From positions 96,001 through 160,000 of IMG/VR virus record IMGVR_UViG_3300015615_000196: a stretch of DNA of 64,000 nt; one strand, 5' to 3'. Below the pieces are notes generated by a model. The model worked only from the letters and a program-made list of their open reading frames with translations. It ran no database searches and was not told the origin of the DNA. The stretch comes from a virus (lineage: Duplodnaviria; Caudoviricetes). Made by a program: the position numbers and the translations under genes. Positions 33,896-43,797 of the stretch are shown here, one piece after another. Each line of letters opens with the position of its first letter. Positions within the stretch are counted from its first letter, which is position 1.

Positions 33896-35446
33896 TCAGT
33901 CTCCCATGAACACAGGTTTGCTCGACTTATTAACCTGTGCTTCCAGACGACTAATTCCTTCCGTTTCGGCAATGGAGTGAATGTCATCTTCTCTCCAATC
34001 GTAGTCGTATACCAACTCGTTCTTCGCACGAGTGATTGCAATGTACTTGAGGTTCAATTCCTGCTGGTACATCCAACCTTTCGATACACCCAACGGTATC
34101 TCGTCAGGACGCACGATAAAGACTCTATTAGCTTCCAGACCCTTTGCCTTGTGAACGGTACTCAGGATGATTCCTTCCGTTACGTTATCCTTGAAGATGC
34201 TCAAGATCATGGACTTCAACTCGTTGATCGAATCGACCATTTTCATGAGGAATCGGAGTACGTCAATCTTGTCGGCAAGCAGTACATATCCCGTATGCTC
34301 GTCCACGTTTATAACCCCCGATTTTTGTAGCTTTTCCCTCAGTGCCGAAAGCTGGTTTGTCAGTTTAGCGCCCAATTGGGCAAGGCTCTTTTCCCCCTCA
34401 ATCATGTGAATCAGGTTGACCCCCAAATCACTGCCCTTTATTGAGGCTTTTTTCTTCATTACAAGGAAATTAAAGAACAATCGGATCAGGGGTAGGGTTT
34501 TCCTTGCCAACACGAAATCACCGTCTTCTGCCTCGTCTAAAACGCTTCCAGAGCGCACTATACCATCTACGGCAGTTTCCATAGGTCGAAGGTCTGGAAC
34601 GAGCGTATTGGCCTCTAAAACGATATTCTTGGCACACCTGAACGTAATGGTCAACGGGAGGACTTTGGTATTGGGTAAACGGGTCAAATTCTCGAAAGAA
34701 TGGGTATCGGCTCCCGTGAACGCATAGATCGATTGAAGGTCATCCCCGCAGAAGATAAGACGGGTGGTTGGCTTCCCCGTTGCTTTATCCCATTTGATCA
34801 GTTTCTTGATCAATTCGTGTTGGGCTTTGCAAAGGTCTTGGGCTTCATCCACAAGTACGAAGTCCTGTGGGAACAACCAGATTTTCTTGTCAACACACGG
34901 CAAGTAGACCATATCCGTGAAGTCCATTGTTTTCTTGTCATTGAGCATTTCTTCCAAGATCATGAATGCTCGGTTGGTGTCTTCCAGATCGAACTTGATG
35001 TCATAACGTTCTGCAAGTTCAAGAACACGGTTCTTGTCCAGAGTCAAAGTCAATCGAATAAGATTGAGCATTTGCTTCATGTTGGTCACGTACTCCATTG
35101 GGTTTGCCACTTGCGACATATCCCAATTTTTCATTTGCTTGTTGAGTACTTTGTCTGCTTTGAATTCGTCTACCTCACAGTCTTTGTACTTGCGTTTGAT
35201 CGCAGAGTAACCCAAGCCATGTGAAGTGTAGCAGAATGTTTCAGTCGGGAGTTTGCCTTTCAACTCCATCTGAATGTGTTTGTTGAAGGCTAAGAATGTT
35301 TTTGATTTTCCTTGCGGAAGTATCTTTGCAATATTGACGAGTGTCGTTGTCTTACCTGCACCAGCACGGGCACGAATAACTAAATTGCCATCATCGAATC
35401 TGACCCAATCGTAGATAGCTAACTGTTCTTCTGTGTCTTTGAACAT
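33896..35446 (-). CDS. UvrD/Rep-like superfamily 1 helicase
   Basis: ARAGAGKTT, VDEAQD, GDDLQSIYAFTGA, TFRC, STVHKAKGLE, YIAITRAK. Confidence 0.93.
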   Translation of the reverse strand: MFKDTEEQLAIYDWVRFDDGNLVIRARAGAGKTTTLVNIAKILPQGKSKTFLAFNKHIQMELKGKLPTETFCYTSHGLGYSAIKRKYKDCEVDEFKADKVLNKQMKNWDMSQVANPMEYVTNMKQMLNLIRLTLTLDKNRVLELAERYDIKFDLEDTNRAFMILEEMLNDKKTMDFTDMVYLPCVDKKIWLFPQDFVLVDEAQDLCKAQHELIKKLIKWDKATGKPTTRLIFCGDDLQSIYAFTGADTHSFENLTRLPNTKVLPLTITFRCAKNIVLEANTLVPDLRPMETAVDGIVRSGSVLDEAEDGDFVLARKTLPLIRLFFNFLVMKKKASIKGSDLGVNLIHMIEGEKSLAQLGAKLTNQLSALREKLQKSGVINVDEHTGYVLLADKIDVLRFLMKMVDSINELKSMILSIFKDNVTEGIILSTVHKAKGLEANRVFIVRPDEIPLGVSKGWMYQQELNLKYIAITRAKNELVYDYDWREDDIHSIAETEGISRLEAQVNKSSKPVFMGD

Positions 35447-35678
35447 CTTCGTACTTGTATTTATCGAATTTCTTAATTAATTTTTTAATGCTGGCTTTTG
35501 TGTGTCCGGGGAAGCAATCCTTTATTCTCGCATAGCCCCTACGCTTAACTGTCCAGTTGAGATAAATATACGTAAGTTCGTAGTAAAAGTTGCGGAGACG
35601 CTTAAATTTTTTGGTGCGCTTTTTGAAATTCCGCATATATTGATCTGTAGTCACCATTGAGGTAATCATTCTTGGCAA
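35391..35678 (-). CDS. hypothetical basic protein (start uncertain)
   Basis: ORF fills gap in minus-strand run; overlaps neighbours. Confidence 0.4.
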   Translation of the reverse strand: MPRMITSMVTTDQYMRNFKKRTKKFKRLRNFYYELTYIYLNWTVKRRGYARIKDCFPGHTKASIKKLIKKFDKYKYEDVQRHRRTVSYLRLGQIR

Positions 35679-35817
35679 GCCATTTAAATACGTCTTCTAT
35701 ATCGAATCCGTTAACGGCTTTTGTTATTTTTTCTCTTTGGTTTGGTGAGACGTTTTTCCATTCATGACCACATTCGCAAGGGGTCATCCAACATTCGGGA
35801 CAGTCTGATAGTGCCAT
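35602..35817 (-). CDS. small Cys-motif protein
   Basis: DCPECWMTPCECGH. Confidence 0.65.
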   Translation of the reverse strand: MALSDCPECWMTPCECGHEWKNVSPNQREKITKAVNGFDIEDVFKWLAKNDYLNGDYRSIYAEFQKAHQKI

Positions 35818-35824
35818 AACTTAT

Positions 35825-36310
35825 TTAAATTTCTTTCCAATGTTCATTGTCAACACCACCCTGTAACTCGAAGACTTGCCCGGTCTGAATGACCTTGACT
35901 CGCAGTCCTTCTTTACGTGTAAAAATTTGATCATCGTAGATGATTCCGTTATAGTTTAAACCATCACGTTCTTCAAGAGTGAGAACACTGATGTCGAAAT
36001 TTTTGTTAATTAATCTGTCAGCAATTCCGAACAATTCAAATTGTTCTTTGATCGTAACGGCAAAGATGTTTCCTAATCTTGTGATCTCTCGTTCAAGATG
36101 CTTGAGTCGTTCAAGTTCTTCTGGTGGTAGTGGTCGTCTTTTCGGATTCTCTTCGTGAAGATCAATCGTAGAAGTAACTACACTACGAGCCATTTCCAAT
36201 GCCATGAACTTATGCTCAACAAAGGACATTTCTTTTTCGGTTCCGTCTACCGGAGTAATATACGGACGACCGTCCGTGTTAATCTCTATGTCGTACTTAA
36301 AATTAAACAT
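35825..36310 (-). CDS. hypothetical protein
   Basis: 161-aa ORF in operon-like run. Confidence 0.75.
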   Translation of the reverse strand: MFNFKYDIEINTDGRPYITPVDGTEKEMSFVEHKFMALEMARSVVTSTIDLHEENPKRRPLPPEELERLKHLEREITRLGNIFAVTIKEQFELFGIADRLINKNFDISVLTLEERDGLNYNGIIYDDQIFTRKEGLRVKVIQTGQVFELQGGVDNEHWKEI

Positions 36311-36521
36311 CCTTCATTTTGTTTTTGTATAGAATTATCTTGTGGCAGATTTCATAGTTTTCCAGTCGTTCGTGGAACGAAAGAAGCCTGTCAACCAGAC
36401 CATTACTCATAGCATGGGTCAAAGTCACCTTTTCGAAGTTTTCAAGTTCGAAAACCATAAAACGTGTTGCTACCCAATTAAAATTTTCTTGCAATGCAAC
36501 GCTTTCCGGCAGAACTACCAT
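36303..36521 (-). CDS. hypothetical protein
   Basis: 72 aa, ENYEIC motif. Confidence 0.6.
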   Translation of the reverse strand: MVVLPESVALQENFNWVATRFMVFELENFEKVTLTHAMSNGLVDRLLSFHERLENYEICHKIILYKNKMKDV

Positions 36522-36556
36522 TATGAATTGTCAGTATTTATGTAAAAGTAGGAATT

Positions 36557-37675
36557 ATGCCTCAGATTACAAAAGCCGACAAGCAAAAACTTTACCTTCA
36601 AATCAAGCACGAATTGGGCTATCCCAAGAGACCGTTTGAGTTGGATGAACCGATGATGGATTCATATTACGAAATGGCCGTTGAAGACTACAGTAGCATT
36701 GTCAATCAGTGGTTAATCGAGCAACAGTGGGTTAGTTTACAAGGTCTCCAAGTTGATAGCGCAAACTTCATCGATGCGTACACAAACAAGAACAATGATT
36801 TCATGCGTAGTTTCACCTACGCCTATTCAAAGCAAGTTGGCTTGGGTACGAACGCTCCGTCAGGAGAAACTTGGCATTTGAAGAAAGACTTCGTAGTCAT
36901 TTCTGCTGACACACAAGTATATTCAATTCCTGCTGGACGTGAAGTTAACGAAGTTCTTTGGGTAACACCACCACAAATTGATAGTGGTCTTGTTGATCCG
37001 TTTGCACTTACGAACTGGTCACCGGGAACTTACGGTTGGTCATACTTAGGTAGACCCGCCAGCTATATGCAGCCAACGTATTCCTTGTTGCTTTCAGCAC
37101 AGGATCGTCATACAAAGAAAAGAATTCTTCAATCAGAACTTACCTACCGTATCACTGGTGGCCCTAACGGAACAAAACTTTTGTACTTGTATCCAATTCC
37201 GGGAGATCGCGCAGAGATTACTAATGGTTGGGGTAAACATTTTGAAGGAGCCAAAGTATGGTACTTCTACTACGATGTGAATAACAAGGGTAGAAAGAAA
37301 TGTCTTGAAAATAACAGTGACATTATTAAACTTCCGAGCGATGCGCCAATCAATACTTTGAAGTGGAAGACAATCAACAGTGTTGCAAGAACCAACATTC
37401 GTGACTTGCTCATTTCAAGAGTTAAAATCAATCTTGGTAATATCAGAGGTTTCTACAGTGGTGACATCGGTGCAACAACCAAGCAACTTACTTTGGACTA
37501 CCGTATGCTTATCGAGCAGGGTGAAACGTTGAAAGAACAAGTTCGTACATCGATCTTAGAATCGTTGACTAAACTTTCTCTTGTACAACTTACCAGAGAT
37601 CGTGCAGAAATTGCTGCAAACGTAAACAAAGAAAGAGGCTTCCAGCCTGTAGATCACGCAATCATTACTTTGTAA
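36557..37675 (+). CDS. neck protein (gp13-like)
   Basis: IKHELGYP..FEL N-terminus, LGNIRGFY, LTLDY C-terminus; late motif 36534. Confidence 0.75.
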   Translation: MPQITKADKQKLYLQIKHELGYPKRPFELDEPMMDSYYEMAVEDYSSIVNQWLIEQQWVSLQGLQVDSANFIDAYTNKNNDFMRSFTYAYSKQVGLGTNAPSGETWHLKKDFVVISADTQVYSIPAGREVNEVLWVTPPQIDSGLVDPFALTNWSPGTYGWSYLGRPASYMQPTYSLLLSAQDRHTKKRILQSELTYRITGGPNGTKLLYLYPIPGDRAEITNGWGKHFEGAKVWYFYYDVNNKGRKKCLENNSDIIKLPSDAPINTLKWKTINSVARTNIRDLLISRVKINLGNIRGFYSGDIGATTKQLTLDYRMLIEQGETLKEQVRTSILESLTKLSLVQLTRDRAEIAANVNKERGFQPVDHAIITL

Positions 37676-37676
37676 T

Positions 37677-38213
37677 ATGCCAAAGTCGAAGAAAGACCAT
37701 ATTGATTTTGAAGACGACAGATATGGATTATTCATGTCGGAGAACAGTTACGATCTTGACGTTATGTACGGTAGAGAGTATTTGAAGACTGATAGTCCAT
37801 TCTATGTGAACTACTACAAAGTAAACGTGTTGGAGTCTAAAGTTGATGACCTGTACGGTGAATCAAAACCTACAGACAAAAAATTCTTCCCGCCAATCAA
37901 ATTGAATGTGATGATGGACATCACCGAAGGAAACGAAAAATTTTTCAGTGAAAGTGGCGTGTTGAGAGACGATGTGGGCAATCTTGTATTCGGTGTCTTC
38001 TTTGAAGAATTGAAAGAGAAACAAATTGAGATTGTTCTCGGAGACTTTGTTTCTATTAACGTAGGCAGCAGAGAAAGATTCTTCGAAATCTCTGACCCGA
38101 ATTACGTAAGTGACGATACTACCAAATCAAGAGGTGGTTTCAGAAACGACTACTGGAAATCTATTGAGGCAACTCCTGTGAAGGAGGACGTTGTTCCTGA
38201 GATAATGAATTAA
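37677..38213 (+). CDS. neck/head-completion protein (gp14-like)
   Basis: DDLYGES, GDFV, FFEI motifs; follows gp13-like gene. Confidence 0.65.
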   Translation: MPKSKKDHIDFEDDRYGLFMSENSYDLDVMYGREYLKTDSPFYVNYYKVNVLESKVDDLYGESKPTDKKFFPPIKLNVMMDITEGNEKFFSESGVLRDDVGNLVFGVFFEELKEKQIEIVLGDFVSINVGSRERFFEISDPNYVSDDTTKSRGGFRNDYWKSIEATPVKEDVVPEIMN

Positions 38214-38475
38214 TCTTCGGTATTAATTTTTCGTGACGAATACGTTCGAGTTCTCGAACGATATATTGATGCTGCTCTTTGGAGTGGATGTTCAAATCCT
38301 TTGCATACTTTATGTACATGTCAAGAGTGAATTCTAAGAATTCGAGTTCTTTCTTAGAAAGAAAATTTGCTTGCTCCTGAAACTGTTGAAGTTTCTTCTT
38401 GAAGCGTATAGCATACAAGAACAACCCAACACTTAAAAGAACAAGCAATCCACATATTGCCCATGCAAGTATCAT
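38161..38475 (-). CDS. small membrane protein
   Basis: N-terminal TM helix. Confidence 0.6.
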   Translation of the reverse strand: MILAWAICGLLVLLSVGLFLYAIRFKKKLQQFQEQANFLSKKELEFLEFTLDMYIKYAKDLNIHSKEQHQYIVRELERIRHEKLIPKINSLSQEQRPPSQELPQ

Positions 38476-38476
38476 T

Positions 38477-39451
38477 TTATTTTACCAATACTCGTGCATC
38501 TTTTCGGTTTTCGTTGGCGAAGATTTTACGATATTGAAGGAAGCCTCTGAAATTTCCTGACCATCCCCACGTACCTTCTTCTCCGTCATCAGCATTGAAT
38601 GAGGAATCAAATGCGAATTCGTAATCGCTCATTGATCTTCCGCAGTGTTCCATCGGAGACCAGTGACCAGAAGAAACAAGACGATCATGAAGTTTAATAT
38701 CGTTCTCGTAGTTATCTGGTTTTCCTTCTTCTCCCACTACCGTGTACGAAATTCTTGCGCAACGAGCAGAAGCAATCTTCAATCGAATTTCATCGACCAG
38801 TTCTTTGTGTCGTTCGCTACCGTATGCCCAACGTAACGGCTCACCGTATTCTTTGGTAAGAATTGCGGTAATCATTTCTTCATCGATCTTATCACCGAAT
38901 GGAATGTGCCATTCACCCGGTTGCAAAATCTTAGGTTCAGATACGTTGTAGGCTGCAAGCATTTCTTCTGCCAACTTCTGAATGTGAATGTCAGCAAACT
39001 CACTTGCGCGAAGTGCATAATAGTTTTCCCATTCCGTTGCAGTCACGATTACCGTGTGCCACATGTAGGGTTCAAGAACTCTATTTGCAATTTGTTTTGT
39101 CACACCCAATGATCCGTTTAGAATTTCGGCATGGGTTGCAGCACTGTCTCTCGCTTGAAGCCAAGCATCAACACGCACATCAACATCGGCAGGATAATTC
39201 CAATATTCATTCCCCTGCATACCGGGATGATCTTTCATCCACTTGAGGGGAATGAATGGGTTCTCTTTCACAGCCTGTATCATTTTCTTAAATGGTATTG
39301 CTCTGGAAGAAGCACTGTTACGTGTAAACATTCTGTGAGTGTTGAACTCAGCAAGAATGTACCGGGGGAAAGTTATGACGAAAGTCGTGAGTCTGTTGCC
39401 GAATTGATTCTTAGAATCGGCAACAATTTGTGCACTTATCTTAGTCATCAA
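38477..39451 (-). CDS. thyX: FAD-dependent thymidylate synthase
   Basis: RYILAEFNTHRMFTRNSASSRAIP, KQIANRVLEP, ARCARISY, GHWSPMEH. Confidence 0.92.
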   Translation of the reverse strand: MMTKISAQIVADSKNQFGNRLTTFVITFPRYILAEFNTHRMFTRNSASSRAIPFKKMIQAVKENPFIPLKWMKDHPGMQGNEYWNYPADVDVRVDAWLQARDSAATHAEILNGSLGVTKQIANRVLEPYMWHTVIVTATEWENYYALRASEFADIHIQKLAEEMLAAYNVSEPKILQPGEWHIPFGDKIDEEMITAILTKEYGEPLRWAYGSERHKELVDEIRLKIASARCARISYTVVGEEGKPDNYENDIKLHDRLVSSGHWSPMEHCGRSMSDYEFAFDSSFNADDGEEGTWGWSGNFRGFLQYRKIFANENRKDARVLVK

Positions 39452-39457
39452 AAGTAG

Positions 39458-40651
39458 TTACTTGTAAAATGATTTCCTGTACTCGATTAGAGCATGGTTC
39501 AGATACTCGTAGTCAGGAACTTCCGGCAAGTTACTATTTTTGTACAACTCAGGCAAATCTTTCATGATTTTTTCGGCATAGGCCATTGCATCCTCATATT
39601 CCACCAATCCGTACTTAATATCCATCAAGAATTGGCGGTCGTGAGTACGCTCCAAAATAAGCCCTTTACCTTCTCCGATCTCTTTGGCAACGCTCAACAG
39701 ACGAACGCAATGGGAGATATTTTTCGTATCGTAATTTTGCTTGAGGTTATTGTTGTAACGCTCAGGGTTACGATGCTTCACCCAATGCCAGTATTGTTCG
39801 TAATCTTTGCAATGCTTAATGTATCCATCCTTGTTATAAGAAATGTTACCAAGAAACATTACTTCACCAGAAGGAATTGATTCCATCTTAGGAACGGACG
39901 AAAGACGAATCTCGTTGGAGTCTTCCAGTTCAATTCCTTTGAATCCGTAACCCATCGGCTTGCCTTGTGATCTACGAAGTTCTTTAATTTGTTCGACTTC
40001 TTGTGCAGGGACTTTGCCACTGAACAGTTCGTCAGAAACTACATCGTAGTAAAGAGCATATGAATCTCTTGCGTTTGCAAGGTTAACAACCCCGCAAAAC
40101 TTTTGATCCATAGTATGCTTTGCCAGCCACTTGCGGAGATCAAGAGTTTTTCCACCATCCATCAGTGAGCAGAAATCAAGAGGGGTCTTGCGTTCTTCAC
40201 CAACAGGGTTGACAATCTTTTTGTTAAGACCACGAGCCTTCTTGATTTGTGCAATAGCGTAATCACCAAAAGACTTCTCACACTTCCTTGAAAGGATGCG
40301 TGACATATCAAGTTGAAATGGAAGATCAACCATTGTCTTCTTAATCGCAACTGATAGTTCAAGTACGTTTGGATTGTTTGCGTTCAGAAGTTCGATGAAC
40401 TTTCCAATCTCCATATAGGTGATGTCATTGTCTTCCGGTTGTTCTTTTACCACCACGTCCTTGAAGTCGGCTTCGATACGGTGATGTAGTGAAAAGAAAT
40501 CATCCTTGTGAAGATAGAAGATACCGTACATGTCAATGTCGGATTTCTCGTTGTGAAGGTTAAAAGCATGACTGCCGATAACCGCCTCAGCGATAATCAG
40601 GTTGTTCTCCCGAATGAACTTCTGGTTATATTTATTTTTTAGATACGTCAT
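39458..40651 (-). CDS. RlaP/YcgL-like Pol-beta nucleotidyltransferase
   Basis: IGSHAFNL..SDIDMYGIF, NNPNVLE, YDTKNISHCVRLL, FLMDIKYG. Confidence 0.85.
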   Translation of the reverse strand: MTYLKNKYNQKFIRENNLIIAEAVIGSHAFNLHNEKSDIDMYGIFYLHKDDFFSLHHRIEADFKDVVVKEQPEDNDITYMEIGKFIELLNANNPNVLELSVAIKKTMVDLPFQLDMSRILSRKCEKSFGDYAIAQIKKARGLNKKIVNPVGEERKTPLDFCSLMDGGKTLDLRKWLAKHTMDQKFCGVVNLANARDSYALYYDVVSDELFSGKVPAQEVEQIKELRRSQGKPMGYGFKGIELEDSNEIRLSSVPKMESIPSGEVMFLGNISYNKDGYIKHCKDYEQYWHWVKHRNPERYNNNLKQNYDTKNISHCVRLLSVAKEIGEGKGLILERTHDRQFLMDIKYGLVEYEDAMAYAEKIMKDLPELYKNSNLPEVPDYEYLNHALIEYRKSFYK

Positions 40652-40853
40652 GTTTTATTCTCGATACGAATATTTTGCTTTTGATCTGACAGGCGTTACA
40701 CTGAAAGAACCAACGAACATAGTGGACAGCTTTAAACAATTTTGGTCGTGGTGTTGGGTCTTTAACTTGTAGCCAATGTCCTTTGCAATCTCCGCAGATT
40801 ACATCCGCAGGTTCAAACTCTTCTACCTTAACCGTTGTTGTCGTTCCGCTCAC
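40632..40853 (-). CDS. small zinc-ribbon protein
   Basis: CGDC...CNAC. Confidence 0.6.
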   Translation of the reverse strand: MSGTTTTVKVEEFEPADVICGDCKGHWLQVKDPTPRPKLFKAVHYVRWFFQCNACQIKSKIFVSRIKHDVSKK

Positions 40854-41277
40854 TTACTTCGTCTTTTCCTTTTAAAATTACTTCCTCACTTATTTTGTAT
40901 GCAAGAACTGCTTCCTGTTCGTAGTGCTTGATTGTGAAGTCAATGATCTTCTCGATTTCACTTCTGGTGCATTTGATTCGACAAGGAATCATCCTGTCTT
41001 TGAATCTCCTGCTGTCCGGGCTTACCCACTCTCCCTTTGCCGTCTTCATTACGGTAAGACCACCAGAAATGGTGATTACGAACTCGTCCCACTGCTTATG
41101 ATGTTCATACGTAAATTCCTGACTTTTGTTGGAGGCAGGGACTAAAATTTCCCACATTTTTTGTTTGACCTTTTCAGCACCCTTTTCCTTCACCTTGATT
41201 TTGTACTTGGTCAAGAAATACGTAGCCAATCCCATCATCAGCACGTAGGCAATAAAATCGTGGTTAATTGCTTCCAT
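40828..41277 (-). CDS. hypothetical protein
   Basis: ATG at 41277; WEILVP, GGLT, MIPCRI, YEQEAV. Confidence 0.65.
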   Translation of the reverse strand: MEAINHDFIAYVLMMGLATYFLTKYKIKVKEKGAEKVKQKMWEILVPASNKSQEFTYEHHKQWDEFVITISGGLTVMKTAKGEWVSPDSRRFKDRMIPCRIKCTRSEIEKIIDFTIKHYEQEAVLAYKISEEVILKGKDEVSERNDNNG

Positions 41278-41815
41278 CGAACATGTAATCAATGTAGTCA
41301 AACATTTCTTTGTAGTCTTCGTTATACACCTGAGCCTTGAAGTGAGGATGCTCTTTCTTGTACATATCAGCTTTGCCTTTGAACTCGATGTTTGCAATAC
41401 GGTCGCAAAGTTTTACGAACGTAGCACCTTCCGTTTCACGGATGTCTTTGTAAATGAAGTCAGGCATTCTTTCTTCACGGTTACGACCGCGAGTGTAGTT
41501 TGTTACTGCACGAACGATTTCAGCGACCGGAATAGAATTCAATGCCTTCTTAACATCATTGTACGACAACCTTGCATCCTCAATTGAATCATGCAACCAG
41601 CAAGCAGCAATAACAATCGGACGTAAATGGAGCGGAATCAAATGGATGAAACGATACGCCACATCAACCACATGGGAAAGGTGGATCGTATACGATGCAT
41701 CACCGTACATATGGTTTGTATCATTGTGTCCCTTCGTTGCAAGCACGATGGCTTTCAGCACCATCGCACCGTGCTGTTTCGGAAGGAATGTCAAATTGTT
41801 TTCAACAGTATTCAT
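41264..41815 (-). CDS. HD-domain hydrolase, SpoT/Mesh1-like
   Basis: YTIHL..V, WLHDSIED, VKLCDRIAN. Confidence 0.85.
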   Translation of the reverse strand: MNTVENNLTFLPKQHGAMVLKAIVLATKGHNDTNHMYGDASYTIHLSHVVDVAYRFIHLIPLHLRPIVIAACWLHDSIEDARLSYNDVKKALNSIPVAEIVRAVTNYTRGRNREERMPDFIYKDIRETEGATFVKLCDRIANIEFKGKADMYKKEHPHFKAQVYNEDYKEMFDYIDYMFDGSN

Positions 41816-42797
41816 TTTCTTGTGCGTTTTCTAAAAAGTTGTAAAATTGAACGATGTCCTCTTCGATCTGTTTCGTGTTTGAATTCAACATGAAATGTTC
41901 GAAGCTATCGCCACGATATTTCTTGTACATGCCGATGAACTTACCGAGAGGTTCACCATCCAAACCAAGCAAACTCATTACAACGTGTCCGTTGAATTTC
42001 TTGGAAACCTTCTCAAGGATTTCCTGACGCTTGATATGTTGTGCATATGCAGTCTTCAATTCCGAACCGAAGAAAGCATCGATTTCGTCAAGGTAAACTT
42101 CCTTCGTTTTCACGAAAGGATAATTTTTGTCCGGGGCATTGGTTTCTACGTAATCCAAAAACTTCATGAAGTCAGGACGTTCAAGTCTGCCAACGAAGTT
42201 TCCTTTCTGATATGAGGTTGCACAGAAATATTTGCTGGCGATTACATAATCGAAAATTTCTTGAACGTTGTCGAATCCTTGTTTCCAACGCTCATACGAC
42301 AAACCAACGAACTCCAACATTTTTTCCATGTCTCTTGTCACGCTGATCTCTTTTGAGATATGATTGTTGAACCCTCTCAACACGTAGAACAATCCATCTT
42401 CACCATAGCGAAGGTTGAACTTGTGGTAGATACGACCAATCAAATTTCCGAGAATGTTGTACGACATGAAATTGTATGTGCTTTCCAGCTTACGGCTTCC
42501 AACAAGAAACACGTCAACTTGAAAATCCATATAAAGCATGGAGTAGACGTTTCGCACCGACTGAGTTTCGGTTACGCCTAAGTCCTTGATCAATTCCTTC
42601 TTCCACTGAGGTTTATTCAAAATGATTGCTGCATCGACAATAATGTCAACGTCTCCGTAGTCGGCCTTCTCACGGTAGGCAACGGGAATACGATAAGACT
42701 CGCCAAAGTGTTTGTCGAGAATTGGTATCAATGAAGCAACGATTTGAAAATATCGTTCCTTTGATACACGTCCAGCTTTGAATAAATTACCGCCCAT
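41802..42797 (-). CDS. PolX-like nucleotidyltransferase
   Basis: YREKADYGDVDIIV, FQVDV, LGNLIGRI..GEDGL. Confidence 0.75.
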   Translation of the reverse strand: MGGNLFKAGRVSKERYFQIVASLIPILDKHFGESYRIPVAYREKADYGDVDIIVDAAIILNKPQWKKELIKDLGVTETQSVRNVYSMLYMDFQVDVFLVGSRKLESTYNFMSYNILGNLIGRIYHKFNLRYGEDGLFYVLRGFNNHISKEISVTRDMEKMLEFVGLSYERWKQGFDNVQEIFDYVIASKYFCATSYQKGNFVGRLERPDFMKFLDYVETNAPDKNYPFVKTKEVYLDEIDAFFGSELKTAYAQHIKRQEILEKVSKKFNGHVVMSLLGLDGEPLGKFIGMYKKYRGDSFEHFMLNSNTKQIEEDIVQFYNFLENAQENEYC

Positions 42798-43051
42798 TAC
42801 TTTAGTTTTGAAATATCGTCAATCAATTTTTTTATCTCTTCCGGTGAACCAGCTTCTTGTGTTTGTTTCAAGTATTCTTCATACGATGATTCAAACTTGT
42901 TCATTGTGGCTTCGATCTGCTTTACCTGCTCAATCGCGAACCTTGCTTGGAAGCCACGATCTTTTTTCATTTGATCGTTATCGTAGTTTGCTTCGTCAGC
43001 ATAAAATTTTAGTGTCTCTGTTAATCTTGCAAGAACGTTTTCAATTTCCAT
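42797..43051 (-). CDS. hypothetical protein
   Basis: 84 aa, LKFYADEANY..DRGFQAR. Confidence 0.7.
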   Translation of the reverse strand: MEIENVLARLTETLKFYADEANYDNDQMKKDRGFQARFAIEQVKQIEATMNKFESSYEEYLKQTQEAGSPEEIKKLIDDISKLK

Positions 43052-43409
43052 ACATTACATCGTCAATTTTGTCGAGTGCTTCATCTATCGATGTTGTATA
43101 AATGCCACCCTTATTAAAGTCATCATCCAACAAGGTGATACTGAGTAATACTTCAAAAGATTTATTCTCAAACCACTCAAGGTAGATGTATTTGTGCTCG
43201 AATCGTATAACGAAAACCAGTGTGTTCAGTCGGTTGATATGGCAGACAATGTTTTCCGGTTTATGTTTGTAGACCCGGTTCAGTATCTTAAAAAAAGGCT
43301 CGTCATATACCTTCATTTTGTCGTAGCCCTTCAATGCCAATTCCTCACGGAACTCCCTGATTACCTTTTCTTTCTTGACTTGTACTTTATCCATAACTGC
43401 TACTTCCAT
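43041..43409 (-). CDS. hypothetical protein
   Basis: 122 aa; GTAAC-N16-CGTATAA directly upstream. Confidence 0.65.
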   Translation of the reverse strand: MEVAVMDKVQVKKEKVIREFREELALKGYDKMKVYDEPFFKILNRVYKHKPENIVCHINRLNTLVFVIRFEHKYIYLEWFENKSFEVLLSITLLDDDFNKGGIYTTSIDEALDKIDDVMYGN

Positions 43410-43429
43410 ACCCCCTTATACGTAAAAAG

Positions 43430-43777
43430 TCACTTTTGGTTACGCTCGGCCAAGATTTGTTTCTGTTCTTCAATCAATGCCAGCATGTCCTTTCGTTCAA
43501 ATTCATACAGTTTGTACTCCCTGTAATATGCACAAACCGGATTCTTTTGAATGTTACGAGAGAAGTAAACACCTTGAGAATCAGAATTTTCGAAGCCCAC
43601 GTACATTTCATTTTCAACATTGAAGTACGAGTAAACCACCCCTTTTTTGAAAAAAATGAAAAGCATATTCCGTGTGGGATAATACACTGATTTCATGATG
43701 TTCGAAGAATCAAAAAGTGCCTCAACGTACAATTCCTGAGTTTCTTCGTCTTTCAATTCCTTACGTTCAAGTAGCAT
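43430..43777 (-). CDS. KTSC-domain protein
   Basis: SSNI..Y....L.I.F..G.VYSYFNV....SQGVYFSRNI. Confidence 0.85.
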   Translation of the reverse strand: MLLERKELKDEETQELYVEALFDSSNIMKSVYYPTRNMLFIFFKKGVVYSYFNVENEMYVGFENSDSQGVYFSRNIQKNPVCAYYREYKLYEFERKDMLALIEEQKQILAERNQK

Positions 43778-43797
43778 GGTATGAAGTATTTATCTGT